A stretch of DNA of 64,000 nucleotides. Source: Macrostomum lignano. Its lineage: Eukaryota. Made by a program: the position numbers and the translations under genes. The stretch covers positions 1 through 64,000 of the forward strand of contig NIVC01003692.1 of assembly GCA_002269645.1 (NCBI GenBank). Reading direction: 5' to 3'. Under the pieces are notes generated by a model. It made no database searches and was not told the DNA's origin. It worked only from the letters and a program-made list of their open reading frames with translations. This document shows positions 1 through 12,695 of the stretch, in pieces (positions within the stretch are counted from its first letter, which is position 1; each line of letters opens with the position of its first letter).

Positions 1-632
1 CACTAGATCAGGTGGACCGAGCTACTGTGCAGCGGATCACAGCGCCCTTAGGGAAAGCTAGTGAATGCTGCTGAATAGCCAGTTAGCAGCCAGTCACTAC
101 ACTTGGTATGGTTGGCTTTGAGACTTCAATTAGCAGCAATATCCGCTTTTTTGACTTTCTTGTCAGCAGTTCTTTTGCTATTGTGCCGGGCACTCTTGCA
201 ATGCGAGCGCACCCCGTCCTCCAGTGCGTTTGAGTCATACCCATGCCCGGCCCATTGTTCCTTCTTTGATGATTAAGGGAATCACTCTATACATGTGTGC
301 AAGGAAACTGCCTTGTCCACCAGTTCTATTGCAAATCAGCGTCTTTAAACTGTGGATTGCGGTGCCTTCCTTTCTAATTTCTCTCAAGCTCGCAGTAAAT
401 CGAACATTATTGGCGATTCTGACTTAGTTGTGCATGCAACGCGTTTTTACCTCTTATATTGCATCGGTTTTCGCGAGTCCGCGAGAGTGCAAGGAGGGGG
501 GCTGTTTGGGTCTTGGCTGTGTGGTGGAGTGGTGGGTCCGTTGTTGACGCCGTGTGTCTATTTAGGCCGCTACCGTTGTGGCTACTGGGGGTTGGCTCGG
601 CCTACTAATGGCAATAAGCATGAGCTGACAAA

Positions 633-3530
633 TTGCCTGAACGCGTTGCATTGCCAAGGAGCTCGAGCGGCAGGCTTTGGAGCAGGACAGAAGCTCATCG
701 CGTCATAGTCAAGATGACAAGAAAGGCACCACCAACGAATGCTTGCAGAAGCGGAGACAAGGAGACAAGGAAGTCTGTTGTTGGACTGACAAGGCCTGTG
801 CGGTTAAGGCACGTCAGTCCCGAGTCACTGTCGTTTGGCGACTTTATCGACTTGGGGACACAGGACTCGAAGTCCTCCGCCGGGTCGTCATGTGCCCCCA
901 CGGAGGAACTTCCCTAACGGGGCCCGAGTTCAACGGAATTGCCAAGCGACCTTGTCTTTGTGGTTTGACGGGAAGAGCTGGCTGGGACCGAGATGCCGAA
1001 GGACCGAGTCAGGTTCGTGCTCGATGGTGTAAAGACAGCTTCAGAAGCACACGGCACATTCAAAGTGATGGATTTTAAGAAGCACACGGCAAATCACAGA
1101 TCGGCCACTGTTCTGTGCAGATTCTGTGTACCTATACGCTCTTTTGGGCTTCGGCTTCTTTTTTCTACTCTCATGAGCTGAGTCAAACTGTGCGTTTTAT
1201 GATGTTGAAACATGGTTTCTATGCCATAGAGACCTACACGGATGACTTCGTCTTTTGTGGAGATCTGGAGAGTGCTGCTGGATGTTCTACAATCATCTCA
1301 TCGATCTGCTGGAGCGGCTGGTATTCACTGAATCGTAGCAAGTGTTGTTCCACCCACAACGCGGATGACCTTTCTGGGAATTTTATTCGATAGCGTGGCT
1401 GGCGGTCAGATGTCTTCCTGTCGACAAGGTCCAAAGTTTTTTGCACGTTTTATCTCTCTGCTCTTCGAAGAAGAAGCTGTCAAAGTCGTGTTTACAGAAG
1501 CTGATTGGCATGTTGAACTGGGCGTCGCAAGTTGTTCGGCACGGGAGAGTTTTCCTCCGACCTCAAATCGACATTTTCGCCAAACTGAATGGGCCTCATG
1601 ACAGGATTATTGTTGGCCCCTCTGTGGTGCACCACCTCTCCTGGTGGCGTTTGGCTTTGCAGCATTGCATCGGTATTGGTCTGTAGACTTCGCGGAGGGC
1701 TTGTGTTACCATGGAGACCGACTCGTCGTCTTCAGGTGCTGCGGCTGTGCTCCGTGACGTTGATGGAATTTGCGATTGGTGCTTCATTGTCTGGCAGACT
1801 GGCGCGAATGGTGTTTTTCAGCATTACTGCATCAATTTCAAGGAGGCTGTGGTTTTGAGATGGGGCGAACCCTTGGCCGGGGGTCGGGTGCAACAATGAT
1901 AGGGCGTGTTGGATTCTGAGACGAGGTGTCTCCAAGGACTCGCGGCTTATGTGGTTGCTGTAGCTTGTTGCGTTGCTCTGTCCGTGTTTTGACGCTGAAT
2001 TTTTAGGATGTTTCACGTTCCAGGGTGTCTATCAGCTGTTTGCCGATGCTGCTAATGAGTTGCTAAATTCTTCAGTTTTTATGTCTCTGTGCAAATTTTC
2101 CCTGCGGAATTTTCGGATCACCCTCGGCGCCGCCGCCTCCGGCCTCCTCGCCGCAGCATACCGTACGCACCGCATTCGCGTAGGGCCGATCTCAGCGGCC
2201 GTCCGGTCCTGGTGCAGTTACTGCAACGAGAACGGGACCAACCCGGCTCGATCCGACTGGTCGGTGCTTACCCAACTACCTGGCTCACCTGGTTGAATGC
2301 CGCCTGAGATCGTTTAACAGTCCGTGTCCACGTCAGTGCACTGTCCAGCTAAGTCAAAGCCTGTGGTGCTGAGGACCTAACAAAACAGAATGGGCCAGCG
2401 GCTAAGACGGAAGCTGCAGATGTCTGTGAGGATCCTGCTTAATTTGAGCAGTAACCTGATAGAGTCTACTGGCTTGTGAGCCTGATTGCTTGGTGGGGGG
2501 TGTTTCGGCGGTCCAGTCTCCGCTTCGTCGATCTCCGTCTCAGCCTTTTAACGCCACTTTCGGTTGTGCTCTCCGTCAGTTATAGCAAGACAGACCAGTT
2601 TGTCGCGATGCTGCACCGAGTGTTGCTTCCAAGGCTAAAAGTCGGACACCCGCTTTGCCCGGTGGCCGTGCTAGAGAATCACCTCTGCATCAGCAAGCTT
2701 GGCGACAGGCAGCCTGTTTTCTCCTACCAGTTGGCGAGCGGATCCTACCTGCGATGGGAGCTGGCAAATGGACCACCTGGTCAGGCCTTGTGTCTCAGAA
2801 GCTGGATCCAAAAAGGGCCACCTGGAAGGCATGAGCCCCAGAAGTTGGTACCCCGCCATGGCGAAACTGATCTGGTGCGATGGGTATAGTATAGGCTCGT
2901 ACGCCTGTGGTTGGTCTCTGAGGAGATCGAAGCAGGTCCACAAGGTGGGTAGGCGGTGCCAAGCCTTGCAAATCATAAACAGCTTCGCAGTCAGGACCCT
3001 CAACATTTTCGCCTTTGAAGGCATCTAATCCCGCCGTATAAGTCTGCCATCTTTGTGAGGCAACCCATAGGAATTCAATGTTGAGATGGCCCCAAGGATA
3101 ACGTAACTTCAGTTGTCCTTGGATGGCCCGAGCTAGCATACGCTTCTGACCTACGCCTATTACGCTCTCGTATCATTGGTAGATCGGTAGGTCCGCGCCG
3201 CATGGCACCCCGTTTAACAACAACAATATTATAACGTTTGGATGACTACTGAATTCTTTAGAGACTGGCTGAGGATGTCCAGCAGTTGAGGCTTGCCCAC
3301 TGTTGAAGCTTGATCAGCGAAACCAGAGAAATTCGCAACAGGGTGTCCATACTTACCTGGTGCCACCTGCTGAAGGTTCAGAAGCTCCAACCAACGAAGC
3401 CAGAGCTGATGCAGGCACTTGTGGTCGATGTTCTGATGAAGTTTTGAGGCTTGGCAAAGCTGCACTGAGGCGCAGTGCTGATTGGCGCACAGGGGTGTAC
3501 TGAATACACTGGCGCTTATGGAAGAAACCT
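633..3530 (+). mobile_element. Degenerate DIRS/Ngaro-type tyrosine-recombinase retrotransposon (RT, RNase H, YR fragments; frameshifted, internally deleted)
   Basis: Fragments in order: RT N-terminus DRVRFVLDGV..NHRSA (993-1106), then directly SFGLR (~1134) and YTDDF (1115-1393). Next come FLGILFDS and LQKLIGMLNWASQVVRHGRVFLR (1365-1686), RNase H TDSSSSGAA..INFKE (1711-1899), and integrase AWWGVFRRSSL..SKTDQF..CPV (2476-~2750). A weak gag-like piece DEVLRLGKAA..DW lies at ~3430-3520. Element ends are not resolved. Confidence 0.75.
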
Positions 3531-5482
3531 GACCTGGTAGAATAGTTGAATATCTCGACAGTCCAGGGGTTTGCGACTTGATTCTTGCTTTAGGTGTGTG
3601 TGCCGGCGCAGTCTCTCTTGCTAGTTCTACTGTTTATTAGTTGCAACAATACACGATGGAAGACCGTCGACCGATCTGGGGGCGCCTTTCATTGCTGCGC
3701 CACACTCGACTGTCTTTGCCTCTTCTTTGCTAAGGTTTATATTATGTGTATATCTGTATATATCTGTATATATCTGTATATAATCGCTTAAAAGATGCGC
3801 TTTAACGAATTTTTGTGACGCTTTTAAGATTTACTTGGAGTTTCTGCTACACTGCAGCTGGTTAGCGTTACGTGTTGGAGTTCAAGATGAACTTTTAGTT
3901 CACTTCTAAAGAGCCGTCAACGGCTTACTAACTTTTGTTTATGGCAATACGTACAGCGTATTCGCGAGTGCGAGTCACTAAGATCAAAATATACTTGGAA
4001 AATTAACTATAGTCTCAGCAAAAGCGGAGTATTATTCCTTTCGCCTCTTCCCTGAATAATAACATTACTCATTATCATATAGACAATCGTTTTTTAATGC
4101 ATTTTGTAATGAAGCTGTTAAGTCACGATAAATTGCCATTGATTATGAGCGAGAAATTCACTGTTTTTATTAATTTAAGCAACAAGAACTTTAACAGGAA
4201 ACAGATCGAGGATATAGCAAAGCAAACGAATACCAAAGTATTTAATTTTCGACAGTTAAGACTTATAAGTACGAGCAATATATTCTTTGTTAGAAGTTGA
4301 ACGTGCACCCATCGAAGAGGCAGTTGGCAAACATCGGCTGTTGCACACTTCGCATGTCAACTTGAGCTTGCTGCTTAAGTAAAAGAACCTTAAAAATTCG
4401 GCCAAGCGACTGTCACTGATCACGCTCACATCCACAGCACCATGCTTCTTTAAAAACTCCACGAACATTTTGCCATACAGAAACATGTGTTCTCGTGTAG
4501 TGCTCAGCAGTGATTCCAGTTCGACAACATCCATCGCACTGGGTAAATCAGATAGTTCTGGAAGCTCGACACTAGAAACCGCAGCGGCCTCTATCAGCCG
4601 TCTCGATTTTAGACAGGTAGTCGATAAAATCTCCAAGAATTTCATCGGAACTGTGGTTCACGGCGCTCAGTTCACTCAGAAAATCTACTTCAGTAGACGA
4701 GACGCCATCTAAACTGTCGACCGGTAGATTTTTCCAGTTGATATGAGGCATTTTTAATTCGATTTCTCTCGCTTCTTGCTTCTAGTTCTTAACTTCCTAA
4801 CAGACTTCATGGTCGAGCTTTTCTTTTAGAGAACTGTATTCTAAAAAATTGTCTATGGTCCGATTAGAGGGGGCTCTGCCCCCACAGCCCCGCAAGGAAG
4901 CTGCGCTCCCTTGACCCTGCTCACTGCCGAGCCTATATCTATGGCACGAAGACACTGCAGCGTTACTTAATGGCGTGGCTTAATGGCGTTACATAATGAT
5001 CAACCGAAAACGCTAGTCTATATGATAATGCGATTATGTCTATGGTTTCAGAATTAAATAATGATCAATTCTGATCATTATTTATGATCAGAATGTCCAG
5101 ACTTGATCATTATCAAAGTCTGAAACCATAGACTTAATCTACCATTATGGATTCGAAAAAATCTATACACCGGATCGTAACTACTAGTAAAGCAAGTCCG
5201 TGCAACTTGCAAATTTTATTGCTAGGCTATGATTAGTGTCGCTAACGAAATAAAATTATGAACGCTGAAAATGAAAAAAATATGCGTTTTTTGGGATGCC
5301 ATTGTGTATTTAGATGTTCGAAATTTACTCGATTGTTTCTCAGGTTTTGAAGAAATAGTTTATAAAGCTCATTCCATTCAAAGCGAATTTCTTCTGGATA
5401 AAAATCGCGACAACAGAGTTAGAAACTTTAGCGTAACTTTTCTTTCATTTTCTTAAAATCTGTGTTATTCTTTCCATTCGAA

Positions 5483-6199
5483 TCAGAGCAGGCGGAACTT
5501 GACCCAGTCGGCGCTCGTCTCGATCTCCGCCTCCACCTGAGCGTCGGTGAACAGCAGCAGGCGGCAGGCTCGCAGCTTGCTGTTGTACAGCACGTGTCTG
5601 CAGCTGGCGTCACTCATGGCGGCGGCAACGCACTCAACAGCGCTGCTCACATGCGGCACTTCGGTGAAGCAGTACTCGGTGTTGTAGGTGGCTCTCTTGA
5701 ACGACACCTTCTTCCAATGGGCGAGCTTCCGGTAAGCAGAGGGGCTCTTGTACTCGCAAGCGAATCCATAGTTATGGCTGCAGTTGGCGTCTCTGAGCAG
5801 TCCCAGATGGTCCATTCGAATGCAGTTTTCGTCGTATCCTGACGGCTCGTATTCGTAAAACAGATCAGAGGGAGGGTCAGCGAGGCCGTTTCCGTTGACC
5901 CTCTGCCAGCCGTCTCTCTTGTTGCCTCTCTCATCGGCCAGGTCGCTCAGTCCGAGCCACAGCTGGCAGCTGCAGGATGAGCTGATGCCGCTGCGATTCA
6001 GCGCCAGGATGGAGCTGTTCGAGTTAACGAGCTCGCCTCCGATCGATGCACACTGCCGATTGGCTGAGCACCAGCTGTGGCTGTGAGCTGTGCTCACGAA
6101 CAGGCACAGACTGGCCTGCATGGTGAACGGTGCGGGACACGGCAGGGCCTGCGACTGCAGCAGCTGGCAGTTCAGCAGCAGCAGCAGCAGCGCAAGCAT
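5483..6199 (-). CDS. Secreted C-type lectin domain protein with C-terminal PAN/apple-like Cys domain (238 aa, intronless)
   Basis: ATG at 6199 starts a hydrophobic signal peptide MLALLLLLLNCQLLQSQA. CTLD motifs: C..IGGELV, LWLGLSD, YEPSGYDENC, LRDANCSHNYGFACE. C-terminal part: SSAVECVAAAMSDASCRHVLYNSKLRACRLL. Confidence 0.85.
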   Translation of the reverse strand: MLALLLLLLNCQLLQSQALPCPAPFTMQASLCLFVSTAHSHSWCSANRQCASIGGELVNSNSSILALNRSGISSSCSCQLWLGLSDLADERGNKRDGWQRVNGNGLADPPSDLFYEYEPSGYDENCIRMDHLGLLRDANCSHNYGFACEYKSPSAYRKLAHWKKVSFKRATYNTEYCFTEVPHVSSAVECVAAAMSDASCRHVLYNSKLRACRLLLFTDAQVEAEIETSADWVKFRLL

Positions 6200-7369
6200 T
6201 GGGCGATGCTTTGAGTCTAAAATAATTGTTTCTGCAATATTATCTTCATATATAGAACTGACTGTATCACCGCATAACACATTAACGGGATAGGAAGCAT
6301 TGAATTTGATAGCACTGAATCAGCAATTTCAAACTGCAGAATTTCTAACCAAGTAAGCGTGCTTTTTTCGAGAAAAATTTTGTGAAAAAGTATCTTGGAG
6401 AGCGGCAACTTCCGGCAACTTTTCGACTGACAAAGGGGTATTTTTATATTCACCTACATATACGTTCGGCTGACGTATGTGGATTATGTTATAGATAACC
6501 CTCTTGCCAGTCGGATGGAGAGAGGGTGAGATATTGATAAGTGCAAAAAACACCTCAAAATTATGAGTGCAGAGTCCTTAGACAGTTGTTTATGATTACG
6601 CTTTAAACTGAAAATCATGCATCTCATTAATTCTTGCCTTCTCTGTTGTTCGTTGCCTTTCCTGTCCGTAAGTCGCTAGCGATTCCACTGCAGTGATGTC
6701 TGGGAAATTCAGGTGACGATGCTTTCTGCCTCTCTCGACTTTGCTGCATTCATTTTATTTCGATATTTTGGATGGCAACGCTGGAAAACTGACAGCCATC
6801 TTAATTGCTCTGGAACTGAGCTCTGGTAGAGAGTTGCGTGTGCAATGTCAATAACCCGTTGTTAATATGTTTGATTTTACATTTATTTGACTACCTAATG
6901 CATCCAAGCATGAAGTTTCTTTTTATTGACTTTTTTTTAAGCCGATCAAGTCTATCGCAGTTTCAGGTCGACGCCAGAGTCCACAGCAGCGTTTAAACTC
7001 TAGCATATTGACGATCAACACACATCCGTCAGTGGGCTGCTGTCAGTCTACAATGCTGTTTGGATTGGCAATGCGTCCATTTTACTCGTAGTGGGCAATG
7101 TAGTTTTTATTTCATTCGAAAATCCTGCAGCTCAAGCAAATTTCTCTGGCTATTAAATCAAATCAGCAACTCTTCGAATTCGAAACACTGTCTCCATCCT
7201 TGTCTCTATCACTCTCCGATCTCTCCTCTCCCCTCTCCTCTCCTTCCCGTAGCCTGCGTGGTAAAGGCACTCACGAACGGACCGTGTTTTCTAAACTCTC
7301 TGTGGTGAAGAGACCAGATGGCTCGGTCACGGAGAGCTCTGAAGGACCCTAGAGCTAGCTCATGCTCAG

Positions 7370-7562
7370 TAGTTTCTTATCTGAATGTCATCTTTGAGGC
7401 CTTTGGCAGAGCACTGGAATCCAAAGCCACTCACCCTCACCTTGTCCGGTAGATGATGTCCATGGCCCGGAACCGCACTGTCATGTCTAGAAAAGGGGCC
7501 CTCAGGGCGGGGTTCATACCCCGGTCTCTGGAACATGGTCATGGATGAGTTGCTTTGCAGCG
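7370..7562 (+). mobile_element. Decayed non-LTR retrotransposon RT fragment (LOA/R1-like)
   Basis: Frameshifted reading NVIFEAFGRALESK..HLVR*MMSM.RNRTV..(G)PQGGV../PGLWNMVMDELL matches the GCPQGGVLSPLLWN.VMDELL RT motif. Confidence 0.6.
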
Positions 7563-7576
7563 ACCTTCCTTCCTTC

Positions 7577-7656
7577 CTATATACTAAAAATGGTCTGTCT
7601 GTATGTGTGTGCTTGTGTGTGTGATCGATTTTAGCGAAAACGGCTCAACCGATTCA
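7577..7656 (+). mobile_element. Helitron-like non-autonomous element 5' end (copy 1)
   Basis: ctatatactaaaaatggtctgtctg-[microsatellite]-gtgatcgatt..aaaacggctcaaccgatt. A second copy is at 55447-55540. The architecture resembles Lep1/DINE-1-type helitron 5' ends. Confidence 0.5.
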
Positions 7657-8059
7657 AAAAGCCTAGCTTCCGTAGCAAATAAATTATAGCATTGTCATAA
7701 TTTGTTTTCCTTCAACTCTTGCTTTTGCAAAGCACTTTCTTTTTGTTGCTAATACCTTTGTAGTCGGTTTCCTTCTTTTAGATATTTTAGAAGACCTAGG
7801 CCGCTCTGATTATGAGAACGGTGGATTTTCATCCTTTACAGGTCAATGGAATTAACTTTACATGTTAGCTACTTATGTCATAGAACTATAGAGATTAAAG
7901 AATGTCCATTCACATAATCATGCGCTACCTATTTTCCTTGAATAATGTTCATTCACATTATCATGCGCTTAATCATATAAAGTAAACAGAATGTTAATTC
8001 TGCGGTTCCAACAGACATGTATACAGGGGCTGCTCAAAACTTCGCGCCCAGTTGCGTTC

Positions 8060-8846
8060 GGGCGGCAATCCTCAGGGCACTGCGGGCGGCTTTCCTCAAG
8101 GCACTGCAGGCGGCTTTCTCAAGGCACTGCGGGCGGCTTTCCTCAAGGCACTGCGGGCGGCTTTCTTCAAGGCACTGCGGGCGGCTTTCTCAAGGCACTG
8201 CGGGCGGCTTTCCTCAAGGCACTGCGGGCGGCTTTCCTCAAGGCACTGCGGCCGGCTTTCTCAAGGCACTGCGGGCGGCTTTCTCAAGGCACTGCGGGCG
8301 GCTTTCTCAAGGCACTGCGGGCGGCTTTCTCAAGGCACTGCGGGCGGCTTTCTTCAAGGCACTGCGGGCGGCTTTCTCAAGGCACTGCGGGCGGCTTTCC
8401 TCAAGGCACTGCGGGCGGCTTTCCTCAAGGCACTGCGGGCGGCTTTCTCAAGGCACTGCGGGCGGCTTTCCTCAAGGCACTGCGGGCGGCTTTCCTCAAG
8501 GCACTGCGGGCGGCTTTCCTCAAGGCACTGCGGCCGGCTTTCTCAAGGCACTGCGGGCGGCTTTCTCAAGGCACTGCGGGCGGCTTTCCTCAAGGCACTG
8601 CGGGCGGCTTTCTCAAGGCACTGCGGGCGGCTTTCCTCAAGGCACTGCGGGCGGCTTTCCTCAAGGCACTGCGGGCGGCTTTCTCAAGGCACTGCGGGCG
8701 GCTTTCTCAAGGCACTGCGGGCGGCTTTCTCAAGGCACTGCGGGCGGCTTTCCTCAAGGCACTGCGGGCGGCTTTCCTCAAGGCACTGCGGGCGGCTTTC
8801 TCAAGGCACTGCGGGCGGCTTTCTCAAGGCACTGCGGGCGGCAATC
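8060..8846. repeat. GC-rich minisatellite, 20/21-bp unit ctcaaggcactgcgggcggcttt(c), ~38 copies
   Basis: Direct tandem array flanked on both sides by gggcggcaatc. The overlapping ORFs are repeat artefacts. Confidence 0.97.
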
Positions 8847-8934
8847 GGCCGGGCTGCCCAAATTGCGGACTGTGTGGGTTAATAGGGGAAACATGTGTAG
8901 GCACTGTGGTCACTTTTTAAATTAGCTTTGCAGT

Positions 8935-9400
8935 AATCTAATAGCAGCTCTTTAATAATCTCATGGTAGCTCTTTAATGATCTCATAGTAGCTCTTCAAT
9001 AGTCTCATAGCAGCTCTTCAATAATCTCATAGCAGTTTTGAAATAATCTCATAGCAGCTCTGCAATAATCTCATAGCAGTTTTGAAATAATCTCATAGCA
9101 GCTCTTCAATAATCTCATAGCAGTTTTGAAATAATCTCATAGCAGCTCTTCAATAATCTCATAGCAGTTTTGAAATAATCTCATAGCAGCTCTTCAAATC
9201 TCAGCAGCTTTTTAATAATCTCATAGCAGCTCTTCAATAGTCTCATAGCAGCTCTTCAATAATCTCATAGCAGCTCTTCAATAATCTCATAGTAGCTCTT
9301 CAATAATCTCATGGTAGCTCTTCAATAATCTCAGCAGCTCTTTTATAATCTCATAGCAGCTTTGCAATAATCTCATAGCAGCTCTCCAATAATCTCATAT
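8935..9400. repeat. Minisatellite, ~22-bp unit aataatctcatagcagctcttc
   Basis: Direct tandem array of about 20 copies. Confidence 0.95.
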
Positions 9401-10087
9401 CCCAATAGTTTGTGATACCTGTGGTTCAATGGTTAGGTTAATCTATGATACCTGGGATTCACCGGTTAGGTTAATCTATGATGTACCTGGAATTCACCGG
9501 TTAGGTCAATATATTATGCAAGGCTACTATTATATGAATTGTTATAATGAATAAAATTTATAACCAGTTTTGTACTGCAGGAGTGCATTATTAAAACGAA
9601 GGTTGTATTTTTATTATGTTTAGCTTTCCCAAATAACTCAATTAATAGGCTATGTTTGGACTTTAGTTGGATTGCTTTGCAATTAAATTATTGCTACCAA
9701 GTATATATGCTTATTATAATTGTACCCCACCGAAAGATTTCGCTACGTATAACTACTGTACGCTTTGATATATTTGCTCATGTAGTTATCACTGGAGTAA
9801 TTCTCTTTTGCTTGTTTTGAAAAGTAACAGTTATTGTTTCAATTTTTCCGCGTTCAGGATTTTATTTGACGCGCTTTCTGGCTTTCTGTCCTCGTTCCAG
9901 TTTTCACCGCAGTGGTCAGCTCACATTCGACTGGATTCAAATCAAACTTGTTACTTTGCAGTTGTTGTGCGACATATGTTAATGTTCAGTTTTACATTCT
10001 TTATTCAATTTCAAAATAAACTTCTGTGCATAAGGATTAGGGCTTGAGAGCTCTTGCGCGGCTGATTTAGATAATTAATCATTATAA

Positions 10088-10692
<605 letters not shown>

Positions 10693-11456
10693 CAACTAAC
10701 TAACTACTCGTATCTATTTATCTATCTACCTTCTTACTTCTGCGAGGCAGAACGCAGAACGTTGCCTCTGCGGCTTCTCGGGAGCTCGCATTGCAGGCAG
10801 TGTAGGGTTTTCACACCAGATTCCCTGACAGAGAGGACTTTACAGACAGGACACATTGATATATCCTCGCTGTTATACTGCAAAGTTGGTGGAGCACCGC
10901 AACTTTTCTCTCGCGTGAATCACGCTCCCTGCAGTGGCTCTGCTCTTCTGTAGCAGCCATAAAACCTTTGAAGGCGACCTCCCGAAGTGCTTTGCAACCT
11001 GTTCGAAGGGTGCAACCTGCTTCCAGAATTCCGACTGCTCGCAATCTGTCCGCGTCTGTTCGTCTGTTGAACCAGTTCTCTCTGCTGAATCACGCTGTCT
11101 GAATAAACAATATTTCATAGACAGTGCATAGTCAACGCCCTGTTACCTGCAAGAGGAGGCTACACGCCTTTATTTTGCTCCCGATTTGAACCATAGACTT
11201 TGTGTTTTTAGTCTTCTAAGCAGGTTGATTTCTCTGTTAGTTACGAGCGTACATGCGCCGGCATGCGATGCCTCTCTATCCGGCCCTCCGGTCCTTTGAG
11301 ACTTCTCTCCTCTTTTCTTCTCTTCTTGAGCTGAGACAGAAAAGAGACTTCTCTTCTCTCTCATCTCATCTCACGTTTCCTCTCTCCTCTTCTCTCCTCT
11401 CCTCTCTCCTATCTTCTCTTCTCGACCCCATAGTTTACCATGTTACTGTTGGACTG

Positions 11457-12590
11457 CTAATCCAACCCTACAGGGACTTTTAATCCAACCCTACAGGGAC
11501 TTTTAATCCAACTTTATAGGGACTTTTCATCCAACCCTACAGGGATTTCTAATCCAACTCTACAGGGACTTCTAATCCAACCCTACAGGGACTTCTAATC
11601 CAACCCTGCAAGGACTTCTAATCCAACCCTACAGGGACTTATCACCCAACCCTACAGGGACTTTTAATCCAACTTTATACGGACTTTTCATTCAACCCTA
11701 CAGGGATTTCTAATCCAACTCTACAGGGACTTCTAATCCAACCCTACAGGGACTTCTAATCCAACCCTACAGGGACTTCTAATCCAACTCTACAGGGAAT
11801 TATCACCCAACCCTACAGGGGTCTCACCCAACCCTACAGGGACTTATCACCCAACCCTACAGGGACTTTTAATCCAACCCTACAGGGACTTTTAATCCAA
11901 CTTTATAGGGACTTTTCATCCAACCCTACAGGGATTTCTAATCCAACTCTACAGGGACTTCTAATCCAACCCTACAGGGACTTCTAATCCAACCCTGCAA
12001 GGACTTCTAATCCAACCCTACAGGGACTTATCACCCAACCCTACAGGGGTCTCACCCAACCCTACAGGGACTTATCACCCAACCCTACAGGGACTTATCA
12101 CCCAACCCTACAGGGACTTTTAATCCAAACTTTATACGGACTTTTCATTCAACCCTACAGGGATTTCTAATCCAACTCTACAGGGACTTCTAATCCAACC
12201 CTACAGGGACTTCTAATCCAACCCTACAGGGACTTCTAATCCAACTCTACAGGGACTTATCACCCAACCCTACAGGGGTCTCACCCAACCCTACAGGGAC
12301 TTATCACCCAACCCTACAGGGACTTTTAATCCAACCCTACAGGGACTTTTAATCCAACTTTATAGGGACTTTTCATCCAACCATACAGGGATTTCTAATC
12401 CAACTCTACATGGACTTCTAATCCAACCCTACAGGGACTTCTAATCCAACCCTGCAAAGACTTCTAATCCAACCCTACCGGGACTTCTAATCTAACCCTA
12501 CAGGGACTTCTAATCCAACCCTACAGGGACTTATCACCCAACCCTACAGGGGTCTCACCCAACCCTACAGGGATCTCACCCAACTTTACA
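11457..12590. repeat. 23-bp minisatellite atccaaccctacagggactt(c/t)ta with higher-order blocks
   Basis: About 50 units. Variant blocks recur, e.g. ctttatagggacttttc at ~11510, ~11900 and ~12355. Confidence 0.95.
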
Positions 12591-12695
12591 GTGTGTCTTC
12601 ACCTAGACTCACATACAAAATGATTTTAAATCTTTTATTTTATTTTACAAAATTTATTTAAACAAATATCCGTACTCAAATTTCAGTACATTTAG

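Noticed and set aside
7991-8925. Three overlapping ~300-aa ORFs
   Set aside because: Translations of a stop-free 20/21-bp minisatellite, open in all frames, with no splice or domain evidence.
10727-11131. Cys-rich short ORFs as possible missing tetraspanin 5' exons
   Set aside because: No hydrophobic TM1/TM2 pattern and no convincing splice pair in any frame.
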